Assembly: GCA_963765895.1 (NCBI GenBank)
Contig: CAVXZB010000084.1
Span: forward strand, 128,001 to 192,000
Source: an uncultured Nitrososphaeraceae archaeon
GTDB lineage: Archaea; Thermoproteota; Nitrososphaeria; Nitrososphaerales; Nitrososphaeraceae
Length of the DNA: 64,000 bases
Direction: 5' to 3'
Both the position numbers and the translations under genes were made by a program. The notes under the pieces were generated by a model. The model made no database searches. It was given only the letters and a program-made list of their open reading frames with translations, and had not been told where the DNA came from. Shown here piece after piece: positions 37,493 through 47,194 of the stretch (positions are counted from its first letter, which is position 1; each line of letters starts with the position of its first letter).

Positions 37493-38454
37493 TGAAAGAA
37501 AAGTAGCCGATATGAGAGAGGCATTTGGTCAGACACTCGTTGAATTAGGCAGTGTGAATTCCAATCTTGTCTGCGTGGGCGCCGACACGACTGACTCACT
37601 CAAGACAAAAAAATTTGGTGATAAATATCCAGAAAGGATGTTTAACATCGGGATAGCAGAAGCGAATCTTGTTTCTATTGCAGCAGGACTAGCAGTGGCA
37701 GGTAAGATAGCATTTGCTAGTACATACGCAGCTTTTCTTCCTGGCCGTTGTCTTGATCAAATTCGAAATGCCATTTGCTATCCCAACCTTAACGTCAAAC
37801 TCGTAGTTTCTCATGCCGGACTTTCCGTCGGACCGGATGGTGCATCACATCAACAGATCGAAGATATATCAACAATGAGAGCAATACCCAACATGAGGGT
37901 TCTCGTCCCCGCAGATGCAGCTTCAGTTAAACACCTAATCAGAAGAATCGTTGACACTCCTGGGCCATTTTATATGCGACTTGCAAGACCGTCTGGGAAG
38001 GTAATTTATAGAGAAGGTGAAGCTATCTTCGAAATTGGAAGAGGGAACATCCTTAGAGATGGCAAGGATGTGACTATAATGGCCTGTGGTCTGATGGTTG
38101 TAACTGCGTTAGAGGCGAGCTGACTTGTTAGAGCACGACCACGGTCTAAGCTGCAGAGTAGTAGATATGTTCTCAGTCAAACCAATCGACAAAGAATTAA
38201 TAGAGAAGTGTGGTAGAGAGACCGGTGCAATTGTTACTATTGAAGAGCATAATATCTTGGGTGGTCTGGGTGGAGCAGTGGCAGAGGTGTCAGCTGAATT
38301 ATATCCTGTCAGTGTCAAGAGATTAGGAGTTTTGGACACATTCGGAGAATCCGCAAGAGATGACGAGATTAGTAGTTTATTTGAAAAGTATGGTTTGAGC
38401 GCGATGAAAATAGTCGAGACGGTAGTTGGTATAAGGAGACAACAAAGAAAATGA
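37479..38454 (+). CDS. Transketolase C-terminal subunit; +1 frameshift at about 38117
   Basis: GIAEAN, DQIRN, GPDGASHQ, EEH...GGLG and DTFGES. Confidence 0.92.
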
Positions 38455-39107
38455 AGATATTCTTAGATACTGCTAATTTAGCATCAATAAGAACCTATAA
38501 CGACATGGGAATTGTGGACGGCATCACAACAAATCCCAGCCTTCTTTACAAGGAAAAGCAAAGCCCAGATGTAATTATGCGAGAAATAGTTAAGCTAATA
38601 AAGGGGCCGGTTAGTCTGGAGGTAATTGACACAAAGTCAGAGGAGATGATAGCGGAGGCTCATAAGTTAGTGAAATACGGTAAGAATGTTGTTGTCAAGA
38701 TCCCCATGATTCCTGAAGGCCTGATAGCTGTCAAGAGACTAAAAGATGAAGGAATTCCTACTAATGTAACTTTGATATTTTCAGCTAATCAAGCAATTTT
38801 GGCAGCGAAGGCAGGCGCTTCATACGTGAGTCCTTTCATAGGACGGTTGGATGACATAGGGCAAGATGGAATGATTCTCGTTAAGGAGATAGTTCAGATC
38901 TTTAGAAATTACCAGTACGACACTCAAACGCTGGTTGCAAGCATAAGACATCCATTGCATGTAATTGAGGCGGCCAAACTCGGCGCAGATGTAGTGACCC
39001 TTCCTCCTGATATTTTAGGGAAAATGATGAAACATCCTCTTACCAATAACGGACTTGATTCATTCCTAAATGATTGGAAAAAGATAGATAAGGGTTTGTT
39101 GATTTGA
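38451..39107 (+). CDS. tal: Transaldolase (FSA/TalC type)
   Basis: IFLDTAN, GITTNPS, VVKIP, NVTLIFS and SPFIGRLDD. Confidence 0.93.
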   Translation: MKIFLDTANLASIRTYNDMGIVDGITTNPSLLYKEKQSPDVIMREIVKLIKGPVSLEVIDTKSEEMIAEAHKLVKYGKNVVVKIPMIPEGLIAVKRLKDEGIPTNVTLIFSANQAILAAKAGASYVSPFIGRLDDIGQDGMILVKEIVQIFRNYQYDTQTLVASIRHPLHVIEAAKLGADVVTLPPDILGKMMKHPLTNNGLDSFLNDWKKIDKGLLI

Positions 39108-40703
39108 TCAGTGACGAAGCAGGTTTATCACCTTTTGTGGAATGTCCTCTAGTCTACTGGCGGCCAGGCTCTTTTCATAATTTAAATATTTCAAGTTTTG
39201 ACCAACGTTAATCGAGTCATGCAGGTTCCTTCCTAGTCCTAGCGCTACCATGTGTATCCCAGATTCCTTATAAGACAAGACCATAGACCGTACAGCATCA
39301 TAATCCGAAGGTTCACCATCAGTTAGTGTCACCAGTATATCTGGTTTGAACAGGTTAATCATCGGTTGGAGCAGGGCGTAAATCTCAGCCAGAGGAGTGC
39401 CGCCACTTGCTTTGATTTGTGCCAAGCGACGTGCACAAATACTTGACCATCTTAGAGTGGCTGGTTTTATTATCCAACACTTTACCTGTCTTGATTCGGT
39501 ACTAAAAGCATAAACTGAGAATTTAATATTCAAGTAAGAAAGTGCCTCGCAAAGAGCTACTGTAGCTTGCTTGTATTTTAGCTCCACATCTTGTATACTA
39601 CTAGAGTGATCAAGTAGAATGGCAATTTTAGTTTTAATAGAGAGTTTAAAATCAGTCAAAAAAGGTTTTGGAAGCCTTTCAACATAAACCTCTGGATCAA
39701 ACTCTTCACCTGCAAAGTCATGTCTTTCTATCCACCCTGTTTTCCAATCTCTAAATTTCGACTTTATTTTTTGAATAAGAATTGGATCGTAAAGAAAACT
39801 CTCGTCAATATCCATTTTTTCTGGAATACTCAGACCAAAATCTTCCAGACTCTCATAGCCCTTATTTTCAGTCTTTTTACTTTCCTTGATAAGCGTATCG
39901 AACTCGCCTAAAACCTCATTTCCTTCGATTATTTCCTTGGAAATTCTTTCAATATTTTCATCCTTGATCCTTCTTTTCACGAATTTCTCAACTTGCTTTA
40001 AAATATCGCTTTGGTTCATGGAAACTCCAAATTTAGTTCTGGGTACTGAGATTGGAATTGTAAGTAATGGATTAAGCTCCAATATCTTGATTAATTTTGG
40101 CACGTGTTTTTCTAGCCAATCGGTTGAATACGAAAAGTCTATTGCCTCTTGTACTATATTATTAGCGTATTCCGTAGCTTCTTTTACCTTTTCAAATTCC
40201 CGACCAAACAATTCGCCCTTGATATAGCCAGTAGAAAAGTATTGGGAGAAGGCTTCAATAGTCTTCTGACGCCCGTACATAGAATTAAGAAGTGGTCGTC
40301 CTAACCATGACATTGCCTCATTATAAATTAGCTCATTTAACATTCCATGCCAAAGTTTCAGGCCTAGTATTTCGATTCGCTTAGTCTCTATGGTATTAAG
40401 TATGAATCCGTACGCATGTTCGTAACTAAGTACCTTTGAGGAATAACCCATGCGCATAGATTCGTACCATAGCGCTACCCTCCACTGTCGGTATTTCTGG
40501 AAATTTGTTCCAGCATAGTGTTCCAGAAATGGTAGGGCAATCTGATTCTTATCAGGTTTGGCCAGTGGAATCTTGTCCTGATTTAGAGTTATTACCACCT
40601 TACCTCGTCCGGACCATCTCCTGGCCAAAAATGTGGCAATATCAATTAGTACATCATTTCGCATTTTCAAAAACGTCAAACTTCTTTCAAAATGGCTACA
40701 CAT
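39108..40703 (-). CDS. VWA-domain protein (NorD/CbbO-like partner)
   Basis: C-terminal MIDAS LLDHSSS, GGTPL and LTDGEP. Confidence 0.85.
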   Translation of the reverse strand: MCSHFERSLTFLKMRNDVLIDIATFLARRWSGRGKVVITLNQDKIPLAKPDKNQIALPFLEHYAGTNFQKYRQWRVALWYESMRMGYSSKVLSYEHAYGFILNTIETKRIEILGLKLWHGMLNELIYNEAMSWLGRPLLNSMYGRQKTIEAFSQYFSTGYIKGELFGREFEKVKEATEYANNIVQEAIDFSYSTDWLEKHVPKLIKILELNPLLTIPISVPRTKFGVSMNQSDILKQVEKFVKRRIKDENIERISKEIIEGNEVLGEFDTLIKESKKTENKGYESLEDFGLSIPEKMDIDESFLYDPILIQKIKSKFRDWKTGWIERHDFAGEEFDPEVYVERLPKPFLTDFKLSIKTKIAILLDHSSSIQDVELKYKQATVALCEALSYLNIKFSVYAFSTESRQVKCWIIKPATLRWSSICARRLAQIKASGGTPLAEIYALLQPMINLFKPDILVTLTDGEPSDYDAVRSMVLSYKESGIHMVALGLGRNLHDSINVGQNLKYLNYEKSLAASRLEDIPQKVINLLRH

Positions 40704-40706
40704 GAC

Positions 40707-41510
40707 TCAGGTTCCAAAAATCGAAGTTATCATATCCATTACCTTGCGATATTCAACTTGGCCCCATTGATCATAAGCATTGGCATAAACCACCTCCGCG
40801 GATTCTCTTGCGGAAAGACCACTTTTCAGCATCTTTGAATAAGCAATCGTCTCTCTTAAGCTGGGACTATAATAAAGTTCCTCTACTGCCGCAGCTTCGC
40901 GAAGATTTTTGGCTAGTCGGATAGCATTCCTTACTGCATCAAGGTCTGAGTTAGGCAGATCAATATGTCTTTTGACAATTTCAAGTTCCACATCCTCTGG
41001 AGGATACTCTAGTCTGAGTCTGACAGGAAATCTACTGAGCAACTGAGGGGGAAGCTCCTTTGTCCCTACATGTGATAGTGGGTTAATTGTGGCAACAACT
41101 GACCAATTAGCATCAGCATTTATAACTTGTCCTTCAGCTTCTTTTAATACTAGTTGCCTCCTATCATCCAATGCTTCATCAAGCCTTAACAACACATCAG
41201 CCTCAGCAGCATTTAACTCATCTAGGTATAACAAACCACCACTTCGCATAGATCTAACGAGGATCCCCTCCACGAAACTAATTTCACCATTATCAATGGT
41301 ATTTGTACCAACCAGATGTGATTCTCTGGTTCGTAGACTAAAATTTACCGAATACAGCTCCTTACTGTAATACGAAGCGAATTTCCTTACCAGTGTTGTC
41401 TTACCAGTTCCCTTTGGTCCGATAATAATTGAAAATAAACCTGCTTCATGAGCCTTGTTCAGTATAGGTAGAGCATTATTCCAATCAAGGTAATTTACTT
41501 CGACCCCCAA
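40707..41510 (-). CDS. MoxR-family AAA+ ATPase (CbbQ/NirQ/NorQ-like)
   Basis: GPKGTGKT, LYLDELN, ATINP, LLSRF and SLRE. Confidence 0.92.
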   Translation of the reverse strand: MGVEVNYLDWNNALPILNKAHEAGLFSIIIGPKGTGKTTLVRKFASYYSKELYSVNFSLRTRESHLVGTNTIDNGEISFVEGILVRSMRSGGLLYLDELNAAEADVLLRLDEALDDRRQLVLKEAEGQVINADANWSVVATINPLSHVGTKELPPQLLSRFPVRLRLEYPPEDVELEIVKRHIDLPNSDLDAVRNAIRLAKNLREAAAVEELYYSPSLRETIAYSKMLKSGLSARESAEVVYANAYDQWGQVEYRKVMDMITSIFGT

Positions 41511-41589
41511 ATCAAATCTCGTTTAATGTGACAGATTATTAACATAAAAACTAATGGATCGGATTTCACTTGCCTACAAAGATAAGGCA

Positions 41590-42976
41590 TTAGATCATTA
41601 TCAACTTCTTCTTATACAAATAGTCAGTTAGTAAAATTCTATCTATGGAGTCAGGGTTAAGATAATAGGATCTTCCTCTAACAGCCCTTTCCAAATCATT
41701 AACGTATCCGAGTAAGGTATCATCTTCACTTATCATTACTGTATCAATATCGACACCTCGTCTATGACATCTTTTTGCCTCGGATATCGTTTTCTCTCCT
41801 ATATACTGATCCACTTGTTTATAGCGGTAGCACAGATATACAAGCTTATTAGACATCACATCAAGGTTCATAAATAAATGAGTTTTCGCGAACTCGATTG
41901 CATCATTATCTGGTGTATAAAAATAGGAATGCGGTCTCTTGGACAGTATCTTGCTGTACCTCCGAATTATCTTCTATAAAGCATGCACTTGGGTGTCCGT
42001 CGGTTATCAGGACAATCCTTTTGTTCGGGGCAGTGTCTTTTTGTAATATCTTAGTTGCAAGTCTAAAGGCTGCTTGGTAGTTAGTATAATGTAGGAGGTC
42101 GGCACCTGGCTCAAAGGTCTTCAGATAAGGTATATCATTTGCATTGATTTTAGAGGCTAGCGCGCCAAAACCGACAATGTATATCGAATCCATCGGGAAG
42201 AATTTTCGGTTTAATGTAACGATGCCCCACAACGCCCGCTTAGCAGCTTCTATTCTACTCATACTTCCATACATAGCCGAATATCTCATAGTCGAACTTA
42301 GGTCAATGCAGTATACAACTGCAACTCTGACTTCCTGGATAGTTTCAAATTCTTCAAAATCGTCTGAAGTGATCTGGAGCGGAAGACCCAGCGGCTCCCG
42401 ATGCCTAGTAATCCTTTGGACGGCGTTAAGCAAAGATACAGGTACGTTCAATAATTTGATATCGTTACCAGTTTCATATCTCTTAGTAGTATCCAGAATT
42501 ACGGAACCATTTCCCAAACTATTAGTTTCATGGAGACCAAAACCACCCTTCTTCAATGATCTCATAAGATCCTTTAAGATCTTTTCTCCAATACTTACAA
42601 AGGCCTTAGAAGTAAGCCACCTCGTATCATCTTTTATGTAACCGCTTTGAATTAATTCTGCAACTATAGGCAGGTGCATGCCAGTCTTAGAATAATTTGG
42701 ACGTAGATCAGCATTAGGTTGTTTTGTCTCTTTCTTCTGGTTATTAGGCTTTGCACTTTGCGGCAATGCTGCTTCCAGGGTGTACTCTAAATCATGCAGG
42801 GTTGGAGTTTTTTCTTTTAGGACTTCTCTACCTATGACATCGAGCAATTTGTAGTTAAATCTGCTTGGGATTTGATCCGTGTCCAAATCGATTTGACTAT
42901 TCTTCTCGTTTTGTTTGTGTTCTTTACCAAAGTAGATATAAGAACTTACATCTAAAGCATGGTCATGCAGATGCAT
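41590..42976 (-). CDS. VWA-domain protein; +1 frameshift at about 41958
   Basis: CIDLSSTM MIDAS, YTNYQAA and LITDGHPSA. The corrected frame runs into the 41590..41871 ORF. Confidence 0.85.
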
Positions 42977-44609
42977 ATGAATTATCCTTCTTCTCCAATA
43001 TGGGCGGTTCAGTCCATCTGAGACCTTCGAGGACTAGCTCAGTAACAGAGGCTGTAAATTCTCCGTCCATTTTGTTAGACAGAATTAAATTGTCAAGTGC
43101 AATTTCATGGTCCTTGGCAGCTTTTACAAACTCTTCTTGTTCCGCCTGAATTAAGCCAAACATCTTGATTACAATTTTATTCAATGCTGGAAATCTAGCC
43201 AATTTGGATTCATAATCAAAAGAATTAATTTTCTTGTGACCTATGATGCTCTGCGACACTTCAAAGGTCTTGTTTTTAGTAAACTCATTTTTTATTTTGG
43301 ATATATCTGTTATCGAAATTTTGCGTATGTATTCGCTGGAGATCTGTTTAATCGCATCTGCAATTATAAGGTTTAGTACATTGAATCGATTTTCGTATGT
43401 ATCTTCAACATCTAACAGTTCGAATTTTGATGCCTGACAAATGCTATGGAAATCACAAAACCTTGGAATAACCGTGACTTTATTTTTTATTGATCTAGTT
43501 CGTTCAGTTTCTCCGATTAAAAGTTCCAAGGAATGAATTCCCATTCTGACGCTAACTCCCCTCTCCTGATTAATGTCAGGATGTTCTCTGGCAATATGCG
43601 CAATTTTCGCCATAGCCTTTAATATATGGACAGGCAGCAAAACGTTATCCCTGTCAACAATTTTTACTTCTTGTGACATTATCAACATCTCATCAAAAAT
43701 ATGCTTTGGATAGTGGGTTCTTACATGACTTCTTAGTCTATCAAAAAGTGGTTCGATTATTTTACCGGAATGAGTATAGTCAATTGGGTTAGCCGTAGCA
43801 ACGATCTTTACATCAGGCTTGAAGATTATTGGATATGCACCTGTTGTAAATTTTCCTTCTTGCAGGACACTGAGTAAGGCCACTTGTTTCCTAGGATCGA
43901 GCACAGGAAGCTCATCAATACAAATAATTCCGTGTCTTGCTTGTAATAATTGGCCCGCGGAATACGATTCAATATCGTATATTTCTACACCTTTCTTTAC
44001 GATCTTAATTGCATCGATCTGCCCTACTAGATCCTTTACAGATATATCGGGAGTAGCAAGGATATACCGATAGCGACTCACGCCATCAATCCAGTCAATC
44101 TTTGTATCCAATTTATTATCTCTAATCGTAGTTTCACAATCTGCAGAAACAGAAAATTCTGGTGATATTCTCTTTATTGCGACATCATTTAACATCGCAA
44201 TTAATTCCTCTTCGGGAATTGTAATGGGTATGTCGTTAGTGAGAGTACCTCTGACGACAGGAACTAAGGACAATAGATTCTTTGCAATGGATTCGGCAAT
44301 CTTTGTCTTGGCCTGACCAATCTGTCCAACAAGGAGTAGGTCATGTCCTGACAATATTGCTCTGTTCAAGGCTGGTACGACATCGTCATCATATCCGATA
44401 ATTCCACGATATGGATTTTGCCCACTCTGGATTTTGGAAACGAGATTACCTCTGATCTGTTGTTCAATCGTTGGCGGTTTATAATTTATCGTGAGCAAAT
44501 CACCAAGTGTTTTAATCTCCCTAAAGCAAGCAGGAACACCAAGCATTAATTCAGAATAGTTTGGAATAGATGAATAAGAGAGATGTACTAAATTGTTGAT
44601 TGAGCTCAT
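42963..44609 (-). CDS. Mg-chelatase ChlI-like AAA+ ATPase
   Basis: GIIGYDD, GQIGQAKT, CIDELP, ATANP.DYT..G.IIEPL.DR and GVSVR. Confidence 0.85.
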   Translation of the reverse strand: MSSINNLVHLSYSSIPNYSELMLGVPACFREIKTLGDLLTINYKPPTIEQQIRGNLVSKIQSGQNPYRGIIGYDDDVVPALNRAILSGHDLLLVGQIGQAKTKIAESIAKNLLSLVPVVRGTLTNDIPITIPEEELIAMLNDVAIKRISPEFSVSADCETTIRDNKLDTKIDWIDGVSRYRYILATPDISVKDLVGQIDAIKIVKKGVEIYDIESYSAGQLLQARHGIICIDELPVLDPRKQVALLSVLQEGKFTTGAYPIIFKPDVKIVATANPIDYTHSGKIIEPLFDRLRSHVRTHYPKHIFDEMLIMSQEVKIVDRDNVLLPVHILKAMAKIAHIAREHPDINQERGVSVRMGIHSLELLIGETERTRSIKNKVTVIPRFCDFHSICQASKFELLDVEDTYENRFNVLNLIIADAIKQISSEYIRKISITDISKIKNEFTKNKTFEVSQSIIGHKKINSFDYESKLARFPALNKIVIKMFGLIQAEQEEFVKAAKDHEIALDNLILSNKMDGEFTASVTELVLEGLRWTEPPILEKKDNSYASA

Positions 44610-44940
44610 AAAATAGATGTCATGACTTAAGTAGACATATATTTATTTAAATCCCTAATGATTATTAAGACAATGCACGTAACTTTCACTCTTATTCTTA
44701 TCTATAATTCCAAATGACTTAACATTATTTTCACTTTCAAAGATTTGCTGGGCTCAGTCATAGTGGGAAGCTCATTCTCCTATCAATATCAAAATGCCGT
44801 AATTTTTATCATGCACGAATTTTTTTATAAAACTAGATGGGACTTGAACCTAGCAAATTAATATTCGTTAGACTATCCATCTAGCGGATATGAATCCTTT
44901 AGCATGGTTTTTATTTCGGATTCTTCATCGTGATTCTGAT

Positions 44941-45501
44941 TTGTCTGCTTTGGAGTACCGTCACATCCTAAGAATATCTGGTAAAGATATCGATGGGAGT
45001 AAAAAAATTATTGTTGCTTTAAGCATGATAAGGGGTATAGGCTACAATCTTGCTCAGGTAATGCTTCAATCTCTTAATATAAATCCGTATATACGAGTAG
45101 GGTTCGCGACAGAAAGCGAACTGAAAGAAATCGAATTAACAATCAAGGATCCGTCAAGAGTAGGAATCCCTCTTTGGTACCTTAACAGAAGGAAAGACAT
45201 GGATACCGGGTCTGACAAACACTTAATTACTTCTGATCTAGATTTTACGATTTCAAATGATATAGAACGTGAAAAATCGGTCATGAGCTGGCGCGGTTAT
45301 AGACACATGTTTGGGCTAAAAGTAAGAGGGCAGCATACAAGGACCTCAGGAAGAAAAGCTGGTGCTGTTGGAGTCAAAAGGTTAACCAAGCCAGGTGGCA
45401 CTGCTCCGTCTGCTCCTGCAGGCGCGGCAACATCGACGACAGCTACTTCAACACCTGCTAAACCAGCAAGTGGAGTGACTGCTGGCGAAGCTAACAAGTA
45501 G
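44941..45501 (+). CDS. rps13: 30S ribosomal protein S13 (likely start TTG at 44941), with an Ala/Thr/Pro-rich tail
   Basis: YRHILRISGKDIDG, WYLNRRKD and SWRGYRH..GLKVRGQHTR. Confidence 0.95.
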   Translation: MSALEYRHILRISGKDIDGSKKIIVALSMIRGIGYNLAQVMLQSLNINPYIRVGFATESELKEIELTIKDPSRVGIPLWYLNRRKDMDTGSDKHLITSDLDFTISNDIEREKSVMSWRGYRHMFGLKVRGQHTRTSGRKAGAVGVKRLTKPGGTAPSAPAGAATSTTATSTPAKPASGVTAGEANK

Positions 45502-45517
45502 GAAATGTTGATAAGAA

Positions 45518-46030
45518 ATGGGTGATCCTCGTAAGCCAAAAAAGACATACAGTAGGCCGAGAAGAATGTGGACTACGGACCAGCTCAGCGCTGAACTTTA
45601 TCTAGTGGGAACCTATGGTTTGAGAAATAAGAGAGAGCTCTGGAAGGCCCAGACAGAAGTAGCTAGATTGAGAAATCAAGCTCGCGCACTACTATCTCTT
45701 AGTGCAGAGGCCCGAAGTGACAAGGAAACTCAATTACTTAATTTTTTGAACCGATTAGGCCTGGTCAATGAAGGCGCGACACTAGATGATATTCTAAATC
45801 TGAAAATCGAAGATTTGCTAGAGAGAAGGCTGCAGAATATAATAATGAGAAAGACTGGAAATAAGTCTCCGTACTTTTCAAGGCAGTTGGTCGTGCACAG
45901 ACACGTCTCGATCGGTAATCGATTCATAAATCTGCCTGGCTATTTGGTGAAAAAAAATGAAGAACAGCAGATTTTAGTTCATCTCGACGTACACAGGAGT
46001 ACATCCGGAACCCCTCAAGAACAGGTTTAG
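45518..46030 (+). CDS. rps4: 30S ribosomal protein S4
   Basis: MGDPRKPKK, YGLRNKRELW and LERRLQ. Confidence 0.96.
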   Translation: MGDPRKPKKTYSRPRRMWTTDQLSAELYLVGTYGLRNKRELWKAQTEVARLRNQARALLSLSAEARSDKETQLLNFLNRLGLVNEGATLDDILNLKIEDLLERRLQNIIMRKTGNKSPYFSRQLVVHRHVSIGNRFINLPGYLVKKNEEQQILVHLDVHRSTSGTPQEQV

Positions 46031-46036
46031 CTTGGT

Positions 46037-46061
46037 GTAGTTCTGTAGTTCTGTATGTTCT
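46037..46061. repeat. Short tandem repeat GTAGTTCT (x2 plus one variant) between convergent genes
   Basis: GTAGTTCT-GTAGTTCT-GTATGTTCT. Confidence 0.7.
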
Positions 46062-47021
46062 TTAATATTCTGCGATCACATCGACATGATCTATTTTACC
46101 ATCCGAATTCATATCGAATCCTTGGACAACAAGTGCCCACTCTTCTTCGCTTCGATAACTCTTTAGGATTTTCTCGCTAAAGTTTGTCAGTGCAATGACT
46201 GCAGATTTAGTACCAATTGATCTAACACCCGCAATCACAATTATGCTGCCGCTGCCGCTATAAGGATTTTTTATTTTTGCAATGAGTCCCTGACTATCCG
46301 AGTTATATATTTCGTTCGAACTCTTTTCCAAACCCGCCCAGAAATTTGATTCATTAAATTTTATAGGCAAATATTTATTAAATTCTGCAGTAACGATATT
46401 CGTCCCAGGACCTCCTATGGAAATTATGTTACGATTGTCTAAAACTCTTTCTGCTTTAGCATCAGCGTCAAGCTTGACCACAAATTCTGATGGAATGTTA
46501 GTAAGGGTTCCTAAAAAAAATGCTAATTGAACTGCATAATGCCCGTCCCTTGCTGATGATCTGTATGGACCATGGGGGCCTGGCGCACCCACTACAATGA
46601 GACCGTCGAAAGAATTATCTATGATAAAGTCATTGAAAAAATCCTTTGTGTAGTGTTTGTTGTTTTCATGATCAACGGTTATTTCTGACTGCCTTTCACC
46701 CCAGTCCATTTCTATTCCAAAGGATGGACAAGTTGATCGGAATAACCTAGCAGTACCGCCCCTAACAAGAGCTGTTCCAACATCTTCCAATGCACCGATA
46801 GAATTCAACTTGCGTGTATAATAGTAAGCGCTCTGTTCATAGATTCCAAGTTCCTTAGCAACTTGTGCGGTGTACATTGGTCTAGATGACAAAAGCTGCA
46901 TTATTTTCCAGGCGGTTGGATTAGATATAATTCGCAATTGGTCAACACTGTCATAGATAATTATTTCTTTTGCCATGAATCCTTTTTCTATATTGTAAAC
47001 CAGGGTCTTCTTCTTCAACAA
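46062..47021 (-). CDS. ArsR-like winged-helix protein with C-terminal S-layer-like (GGP..N) domain
   Basis: ISNPTAWKIMQLLSSRPMYTAQVAKELGIYEQSAYY HTH; C-terminal NIISIGGPGTNIVT and IIVIAG..SIGTKSAV. Confidence 0.75.
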   Translation of the reverse strand: MLKKKTLVYNIEKGFMAKEIIIYDSVDQLRIISNPTAWKIMQLLSSRPMYTAQVAKELGIYEQSAYYYTRKLNSIGALEDVGTALVRGGTARLFRSTCPSFGIEMDWGERQSEITVDHENNKHYTKDFFNDFIIDNSFDGLIVVGAPGPHGPYRSSARDGHYAVQLAFFLGTLTNIPSEFVVKLDADAKAERVLDNRNIISIGGPGTNIVTAEFNKYLPIKFNESNFWAGLEKSSNEIYNSDSQGLIAKIKNPYSGSGSIIVIAGVRSIGTKSAVIALTNFSEKILKSYRSEEEWALVVQGFDMNSDGKIDHVDVIAEY

Positions 47022-47050
47022 TATTTTTTTCAGAACCTATTATAATAATA

Positions 47051-47148
47051 TATAGCGGTACAATTCTATTTTTAGCTGAATCGTTATATGCATCTGGCTT
47101 TCAAAGTTTCTTATCTGGACCTCCATAAATAGAACTATAACGGTACAA
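47051..47148. promoter_or_regulatory. Pair of 13-bp direct repeats TATARCGGTACAA in the divergent promoter region
   Basis: TATAGCGGTACAA at 47051-47063 and TATAACGGTACAA at 47136-47148. Confidence 0.5.
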
Positions 47149-47194
47149 ATAAAGCTTCATAATTTTTAAAAAGAGTCTTTATTGTTTATCTATT

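Noticed and set aside
46037-46061. GTAGTTCT tandem repeat as a regulatory array
   Set aside because: Only about 3 short units between convergent stop codons; most simply a T-rich terminator region or a slippage product.
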